Below are positions 26,017 through 31,538 of a stretch of DNA of 31,538 nt, in pieces (position 1 is the stretch's first letter; each line of letters starts with the position of its first letter). Under the pieces are notes generated by a model. That model was not told the DNA's origin, did no database searches, and was given only the letters and a program-made list of their open reading frames with translations. This DNA comes from Candidatus Merdiplasma sp. (GTDB taxonomy: Bacteria > Bacillota > Clostridia > Lachnospirales > Lachnospiraceae): assembly GCA_048203265.1 (NCBI GenBank), contig DBFBJF010000049.1:1-31538 (forward strand), read 5' to 3'. The position numbers were made by a program, and so were the translations under genes.

Positions 26017-26997
26017 TTATTCAGCCAGCAGTGTAGTCTCCAGATCCTGCAGCATCACATCCAGCGCGTTGATGCCGCCCTCAGCGGTATACCAAACAGC
26101 GGGATGCTCCAGATAAATCAGGTTTCCGTTCTGGTAAGCGTCTGTTCCCATCACCAGCTCGTTCTCCATAATATCCTGGGCCAGCTGAGCTCCGTCCGTG
26201 CCGATGGCAGCGTCACGGTCCATCACAAAAATGTAATCCGGGTTCTTATCAACAATAAATTCAAAGGAAGCCTCATTTCCGTGGGTGGCGGTGTCAATCT
26301 CCGAATCCACGCCAACGTTCTCAAAGCCAATCTCATTTCCAATGAGAGAGCAGCGTCCATCGTTGCCCAATACGTTAAAGCTGCCGCTGGTGCACATACC
26401 CACGATGGCGGTCTTTCCCTCAGCAAACTCCGCCAGGGCAGCGATGCGGGCATCGAAGTCAGCCATCAGCCCGTCTACTTCTGACTCCAGACCAAACATG
26501 GAGGCGATGGTGGACGCATTCTTGCGCACACTCTCCACCAATCCAATCTCCGTATCCGTACTCAGATACACCACCGGAGCAATCTCGCTCAGGGCGTCAT
26601 AGGAGGAGGACAGGCGCCCGCCGATAAAGATCACATCCGGCTCGCAGGCCATCACAGCTTCCATATCGGCCTCCTTGATGGTTCCCAGGTTCACAATATT
26701 TTCATCTGTCACATAGTCCTGGAGATATTCCAGGGAGGTGCTGGCAGAACCCACCACCCGGTCTCCCAGTCCAAGGGAATCCAGGATATCTAGGCACGCC
26801 ATATCCAGGATGGCGATTCTCTGGGGATCACAGGGAACTTCCATATCTTCTTCCTCTCCCGCCGCGTTCAGGCTCTGGATTGTAACTGTCTCCAAAGCTG
26901 CAGCCTCCGTGGTATCCTCCTGTGCCGCGCCGGCGCAGGTAGCCAGTCCGAAAGACAGGGCCATGGCAGAAACAAGTGCTAACATCTTCTTCATCAT
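26017..26997 (-). CDS. yclQ: Iron-siderophore ABC transporter substrate-binding protein (YclQ/FatB/CeuE-like)
   Basis: PQRIAILD, GTIKEADME, PDVIFIGGR, THGNEASFE, NPDYIFVMDRDAAIG, WY..GG. Confidence 0.85.
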   Translation of the reverse strand: MMKKMLALVSAMALSFGLATCAGAAQEDTTEAAALETVTIQSLNAAGEEEDMEVPCDPQRIAILDMACLDILDSLGLGDRVVGSASTSLEYLQDYVTDENIVNLGTIKEADMEAVMACEPDVIFIGGRLSSSYDALSEIAPVVYLSTDTEIGLVESVRKNASTIASMFGLESEVDGLMADFDARIAALAEFAEGKTAIVGMCTSGSFNVLGNDGRCSLIGNEIGFENVGVDSEIDTATHGNEASFEFIVDKNPDYIFVMDRDAAIGTDGAQLAQDIMENELVMGTDAYQNGNLIYLEHPAVWYTAEGGINALDVMLQDLETTLLAE

Positions 26998-27105
26998 AAA
27001 TTTTTCTCCTTATATTTTTAAATGTTGGGTCCTCGGGAAGCGCTGCTAAAAGCGTCCCCTCAGAATCTCTGGTCAGTTGCACAGCAGTACGTAATGTCTG
27101 CTTCC

Positions 27106-27858
27106 TCAATAATAGATTGACAATGGCTTTCCTGAAATCTCCATGATTTCAAAGTCCACTCCGTAAATATCAGACAAGGTCTCCTTGGTCATCACCTCCT
27201 TTACCGTACCGAATTTTGCTATTTTTCCGTCCACGAAAGCGCAGATGTAGTCGGAATAAAAAGCCGCGTAATTAATTTCATGGAGCACTAAAATTACCGT
27301 CTTGCCCAGCTCATCGCACAGCCGCCGGACAATCTTCATCATATTAGTGGCATGATAAATATCCAGGTTATTGGTGGGCTCATCCAACAGAATGTACTCC
27401 GTGTCCTGGGCAATCACCATGGCAATGTAGGCTCTCTGCCTCTGTCCGCCGGACAGTTCATCGATGAAGCGGTCCTGAAATTCCTCCAGCTCCATATAGT
27501 GAATAGCCCTCTCCACCACCTCCCGGTCTTCCTGGGTCAGGTGGTTTCCCGAATAGGGGAAACGGCCAAATCCCACCAGTTCCCGCACCGTCAGTTTCAT
27601 CTGGACGTTGTTGGTCTGGGTCAGAATCGCCAGACGCTTTGAGAGTTCCTTGCTTTTCCACTTCCGGATGTCCGTCCCCTCAAAATCCACCAGCCCGCTG
27701 TCCCTGGCAATCAGCCGGGAAATCATCCCCATCACCGTGGACTTTCCCGCCCCATTGGGACCGATCAGGGAAATTACCTTCCCCTTTGGTATCTCAAAGG
27801 TGACTCCGTCCACCACCGCCTTACCGTCATAACTTTTGGTCAGTTCTTTTACAAACAC
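27106..27858 (-). CDS. yclP: Iron-siderophore ABC transporter ATP-binding protein
   Basis: GPNGAGKST, FGRFPYS, LSGGQRQRAYIAM, LLDEPTNNLD, VLHEIN; GTG start. Confidence 0.9.
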   Translation of the reverse strand: MFVKELTKSYDGKAVVDGVTFEIPKGKVISLIGPNGAGKSTVMGMISRLIARDSGLVDFEGTDIRKWKSKELSKRLAILTQTNNVQMKLTVRELVGFGRFPYSGNHLTQEDREVVERAIHYMELEEFQDRFIDELSGGQRQRAYIAMVIAQDTEYILLDEPTNNLDIYHATNMMKIVRRLCDELGKTVILVLHEINYAAFYSDYICAFVDGKIAKFGTVKEVMTKETLSDIYGVDFEIMEISGKPLSIYY

Positions 27859-27861
27859 GCT

Positions 27862-28839
27862 TCAGACCCTCCTTCTCGTCAACAATAGATACAGGAAATA
27901 GATGCCGCCTCCCACGGTGATGAACACGCTGACCGGAATAGAGTAGGAATACACATGCTCCACAATCAGCTGTCCCCCCACCAGAATAATCATGCCAAAG
28001 AAGGCAGAGCCCAGTATCAACAAACTGTGCCGGTAGGTTTTTAAAAGCTGCCTGGAGAGGTTCGCGATGATCAATCCCAAAAAGGAGATGGGACCCACCA
28101 TGGCAGTAGCCACCGCAATGTACAAAGTCACTCCCAGCAAAAGCCTTCGGATGCACTTATCATAATCCACTCCCAGGTTGATGGCCTGCTCCTTCCCCAG
28201 GGTAATCACATCCAGCAGAGCCAGCTCCTTTCGCAGGAAAAAGGTTACCGCCGCCAGCACTACCACAGACAGCACAATAATTTCCGAATTAATGTTGCTG
28301 AAACTGGCCACCAGCGTCGCCAGCAGGCTGTCGTACTCATTGGGGTCCATCACTCTGGTGAGTGTGGTCTGCACGCTGGAGAAAAAGGAAGTCAGCACCG
28401 TTCCGATGAGCAGCACATAGAGAACATTGTGCTTCGTCTTCCGGAAAAAGTAGCTGTAAATCACCGTGGCGGTCACTCCCATCAGCACCAGATCCACCGC
28501 GAAGGCCGCATTAGAATTGATGGCCAGGTAACTTCCCGATCCGGCCACAAACACCACCGCTGTATGGATCAGCGTATAGAGGGAGTTCATTCCCAACAGA
28601 CAGGGGGTTACAATGGTGTTGTTAATCACCGACTGAAAGACAATGGATGCGCTTCCGATGGCATAGGCGGTAATCAGCATCACGATCAGCTTGGGAGTGC
28701 GGATTTTCATAGCGTACCAGAACAGCTTTTCATTGCCGAAATTTACGCCCACCAGCATATAGGCCACAGCCGCCGCCAACACCAGAAGGGCCATCACACC
28801 CAGCTTCCGGATATTTCCCCGATAGGCTTTTGGGTTCAT
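27862..28839 (-). CDS. yclO: Iron chelate (FecCD family) ABC permease
   Basis: FQSVINNTIVTPCLLG, DPNEY, LDVITLGKEQAINLGVDY, VGPISFLGL. Confidence 0.88.
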   Translation of the reverse strand: MNPKAYRGNIRKLGVMALLVLAAAVAYMLVGVNFGNEKLFWYAMKIRTPKLIVMLITAYAIGSASIVFQSVINNTIVTPCLLGMNSLYTLIHTAVVFVAGSGSYLAINSNAAFAVDLVLMGVTATVIYSYFFRKTKHNVLYVLLIGTVLTSFFSSVQTTLTRVMDPNEYDSLLATLVASFSNINSEIIVLSVVVLAAVTFFLRKELALLDVITLGKEQAINLGVDYDKCIRRLLLGVTLYIAVATAMVGPISFLGLIIANLSRQLLKTYRHSLLILGSAFFGMIILVGGQLIVEHVYSYSIPVSVFITVGGGIYFLYLLLTRRRV

Positions 28840-29840
28840 GCTTCTCCTCCTCTCCGTGCCGCTGAAAGCAGTTCCTTCAGATTGATGGCCTTCCGTCCGT
28901 TCTTCAGCCGATAAAGCAGCAGGGCAATGAAGATGATGCTGCCCAGGATACCCACAATCAATTCGATGGGAAGCTCATAGGGAGCGATGACCACCCGGCC
29001 GATCATATCGCACACCAGAACAAAAATTGCGCCAAACAGTGCGGTATCCACCAGCGTTCCCCGGATTTTATCTCCCTTGAACATAGCCACCACGTTGGGG
29101 ACGATCAGACCGATGTAGGAGATGGATCCCACCACCACAACCACCGAGGCGGTAATCATGGCGGCGATCGTCAGCCCCATCAGCAGCACCAGATTATAAT
29201 GGACGCCCAGATTCTTGGAGAAATCTCTTCCCATGCCCACAATGTTGAAATGGTTGGCAAAGAGAAAGGCCACAATCACCAGGGGCACCACCAGATATAC
29301 GATCTCGTACCTTCCCCGGATCACCAGGGAAAAATGCCCCACCAGCCAGGACGAGAGCGCCTGTGTCATCTCATATTTGTAGGCCAGATAGTTGGTGATA
29401 CCTCCAATCACATTGCCGAACATGATACCCACCAGAGGCACCATCACCACATCCTTAAACTGGATTTTCTGGATAAACCAGACAAAAATCCAGGTTCCCA
29501 GAATGGCGGTGACAAAGGCGAAGATGGCACGCCCCCACAGTGTGGATCCCGGCATGAAAAGCAATGCCAGCAGAATACCGAACTGGGCCGAGGAGATGGT
29601 GGCACCTGTAGTGGGGGATACAAATTTATTCATACAAAGCTGCTGCATGATCAGTCCCGCAACACTCATCCCCACTCCGGTACACAGGATGGCCAGCAGA
29701 CGAGGCAGCCTGGAAATCAAAAAAATCTCCACCTGCTCCACATCCCCGGACAGCAGCGAAGCCAGATTGATATCGATCACTCCCACAAACAGAGAAGCCA
29801 CCGACAAAATCACCAGGCAGACAGCCAGCAAAAGTGTCAA
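28836..29840 (-). CDS. yclN: Iron chelate (FecCD family) ABC permease
   Basis: SRLPR, GLIMQQLCMNKFVSPTT, GLIVPNVV, PYELP; ATGA overlap with the next gene. Start is TTG 29840 or in-frame ATA 29855. Confidence 0.88.
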   Translation of the reverse strand: MTLLLAVCLVILSVASLFVGVIDINLASLLSGDVEQVEIFLISRLPRLLAILCTGVGMSVAGLIMQQLCMNKFVSPTTGATISSAQFGILLALLFMPGSTLWGRAIFAFVTAILGTWIFVWFIQKIQFKDVVMVPLVGIMFGNVIGGITNYLAYKYEMTQALSSWLVGHFSLVIRGRYEIVYLVVPLVIVAFLFANHFNIVGMGRDFSKNLGVHYNLVLLMGLTIAAMITASVVVVVGSISYIGLIVPNVVAMFKGDKIRGTLVDTALFGAIFVLVCDMIGRVVIAPYELPIELIVGILGSIIFIALLLYRLKNGRKAINLKELLSAARRGGEA

Positions 29841-29876
29841 AGTCTTTCCTTTTATAGTTACTCCTCCCTTCCTTTT

Positions 29877-29892
29877 GTTAGTTTTATCTAAC
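29877..29892. promoter_or_regulatory. Palindromic candidate metal-responsive operator
   Basis: GTTAG-N6-CTAAC just upstream of the RBS of the iron operon; TTAG...CTAA core resembles DtxR/MntR-family boxes. Confidence 0.55.
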
Positions 29893-29964
29893 TATTTGTT
29901 AAAAAATGAACGCGTGGTGTGGGAAACTGGTCTTATATGTTTTCACATCGCGCGTTCATGCATG

Positions 29965-29993
29965 AGCATACCATAAACCCTTTTATTTGGCAA
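29965..29993 (-). promoter_or_regulatory. Sigma-A promoter of the iron ABC operon
   Basis: TTGCCA (29993-29988), 17 bp, TATGCT (29970-29965) with extended TG. Confidence 0.65.
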
Positions 29994-30022
29994 GTGCCGC
30001 TATTGGCACTTTTTTCTCAACT

Positions 30023-31537
30023 TTATTCCCCCTTTAACAACTGCCGCATTTCTCCTACCGTCATTCCTGTATTTTTCTTGAACACTTTATAAAAATAAGT
30101 GTCTGACAAATATCCAACTCTTCTGCCAATGTCCTTTACCATAAAATTTTCTCTGCGAATCAATTCAATCGCATGATCGATCCTTGTATCCGTTAAAATT
30201 TCTGTAAAGCTTTCATCCAGCTGCTGTGTCAATAATCGGCTCAGATAAAAAGAACTGATACCTAACCGTCCCGCCACCAACTCCAAAGAGATATCCTTCA
30301 TATAATTTTGTTCAATATAAAGAACCGCTTCTTCTACATAGCTGTTTGCTCGATCTGCTATCTCCCGTGGTTCGGCTATTTCACATAAAATATCCAGTGC
30401 TGTATCTATGCGATCCTTTTCTCCAGTATCCTTCAGTCTAGTTAATATCTGCCGCCAGGAAAAATGCTTACTCTCTTGCTCCTGAAGCATTTTACTGCAA
30501 TTTAGCAGAAAATACACCAACAACTGATTTTCCTGCCAAATTCCAGCTTCTTTCCATTGAGCAATTTTCTTTGCAAGTAATATCTTTCCTTGATCCCGGT
30601 TGCCAGCCTTCACAAATTCCGCGAGCTGCCCCGCCTCCTTCTCTTCATTCCCTCTCTGTACCTGTGCATAACATTCTTCCTCAAAAAAACAAATACCATC
30701 CTCTGAAAGATTGCGCAGAGAAGACTTACATTCTTTTAAAGCCTCCGGCATTTTTTCAAACTCGTATTTCCATTGACTAACGCCAAAAATGACATCTCCC
30801 GAAATCTCAATCTGAATTTTTTTCTTTAAATAGTTCAGCAGTTCTCGGGTCCATGAATGGTAATTATCTCTTCCCACCTGTCCTGCGGGAAATAAAAAAA
30901 GATACAACGTATCTTTATAAACCATAGACAAAAAAGTGCAAAACCGCTTCAATTCTTCATCTAACAGTTTCCGGATCATTTCAAGATAGACGTTCTGATT
31001 TTTCTTTTGATCTGCTATTCGCATAGCTACGAGGATTCCTCCAAAATATGTTCTGTCCAGATTATCAAACCAAATTTTGAGATCCGCCTCATTCGGTTTT
31101 CCCAAAAGAATTGAGGACATTAATTCGTTTCCCACAATTCTCTGCATATTTTGAAATTTCTCCTCTGTCATTTTACTCTCAAATTGTGTTCTCCGTTCCT
31201 GCTCAAGTGTTCCAATTACCCGGGATACTGTCTCCACCAACTGCCGTTCTTCCGCCGGTTTCACCAAATAATCTACAGCCCCCAGAAGCAGCGCTTTTTT
31301 GATGTATTCAAAATCACTGTAAGCAGTATTGATAATTACCTTTGAGCTAAATGATTTTAAGTGTAACAATTCCAATGCCTCAAGTCCATTAAGTCCCGGC
31401 ATATTGATATCCACAATCATCATATCCGGCTGAAGCTCCTGAGCAGCTTTAATCAGGGATACGCCATTATATGCACTGGGCAGCAGCTCAATATTGTGAA
31501 AATTATTTTGTATCATCATCTCCAGCCCTCTGCACTC
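30023..31537 (-). CDS. AraC-family two-component response regulator (YesN-like), 5' end outside the window
   Basis: IVDINMPGLNG, INTAYSDFEY, GAVDYLVKP receiver motifs; C-terminal AraC HTH (ISSFYLSR...VGY.SDTYFYKVFKK.TG). Frame is open to the window edge (ECRGLEMM) and the first receiver strand is missing. Confidence 0.9.
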   Translation of the reverse strand, partial: ECRGLEMMIQNNFHNIELLPSAYNGVSLIKAAQELQPDMMIVDINMPGLNGLEALELLHLKSFSSKVIINTAYSDFEYIKKALLLGAVDYLVKPAEERQLVETVSRVIGTLEQERRTQFESKMTEEKFQNMQRIVGNELMSSILLGKPNEADLKIWFDNLDRTYFGGILVAMRIADQKKNQNVYLEMIRKLLDEELKRFCTFLSMVYKDTLYLFLFPAGQVGRDNYHSWTRELLNYLKKKIQIEISGDVIFGVSQWKYEFEKMPEALKECKSSLRNLSEDGICFFEEECYAQVQRGNEEKEAGQLAEFVKAGNRDQGKILLAKKIAQWKEAGIWQENQLLVYFLLNCSKMLQEQESKHFSWRQILTRLKDTGEKDRIDTALDILCEIAEPREIADRANSYVEEAVLYIEQNYMKDISLELVAGRLGISSFYLSRLLTQQLDESFTEILTDTRIDHAIELIRRENFMVKDIGRRVGYLSDTYFYKVFKKNTGMTVGEMRQLLKGE

Positions 31538-31538
31538 G

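Noticed and set aside
29915..29935. Cobalamin riboswitch (GGGAA..GGT motif)
   Set aside because: The motif is on the non-coding strand, the B12 box and other conserved parts are missing, and the leader is too short.

Overview
Chromosomal window from a GC-rich Firmicute, most likely Lachnospiraceae/Clostridia (inferred from sigma-A promoters, GGAGG ribosome-binding sites, SLH and cell-wall-binding proteins and acidic lipoproteins). Left to right: a structured intergenic repeat; two tandem COG0523/CobW metal GTPases; a polar amino-acid ABC operon; MscS; a cell-wall-binding SGNH hydrolase; an unusual five-gene operon (large solute-binding protein, two sugar-type importer permeases, a membrane-fusion/adaptor protein and a MacB-like membrane protein, with no ATPase) divergent from an OmpR/histidine kinase pair; an AAA_14/DUF4143 ATPase-nuclease preceded by three phased 19-bp repeats; a BspA-type LRR surface protein; HD, HdeD-like and small Cys-rich proteins; a PrsA-like foldase; a YclNOPQ-like iron-siderophore ABC operon; and a 5'-truncated AraC-type response regulator. 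No rRNA, tRNA, CRISPR array or transposase was seen. The main points of interest are the hybrid importer/efflux-adaptor operon with an 11-bp-phased operator, a 196-bp MITE in its leader, the repeat-flanked DUF4143 gene, and a dispersed family of structured intergenic repeats with compensatory base changes. All family assignments come from motif recognition by eye; no database searches were run.
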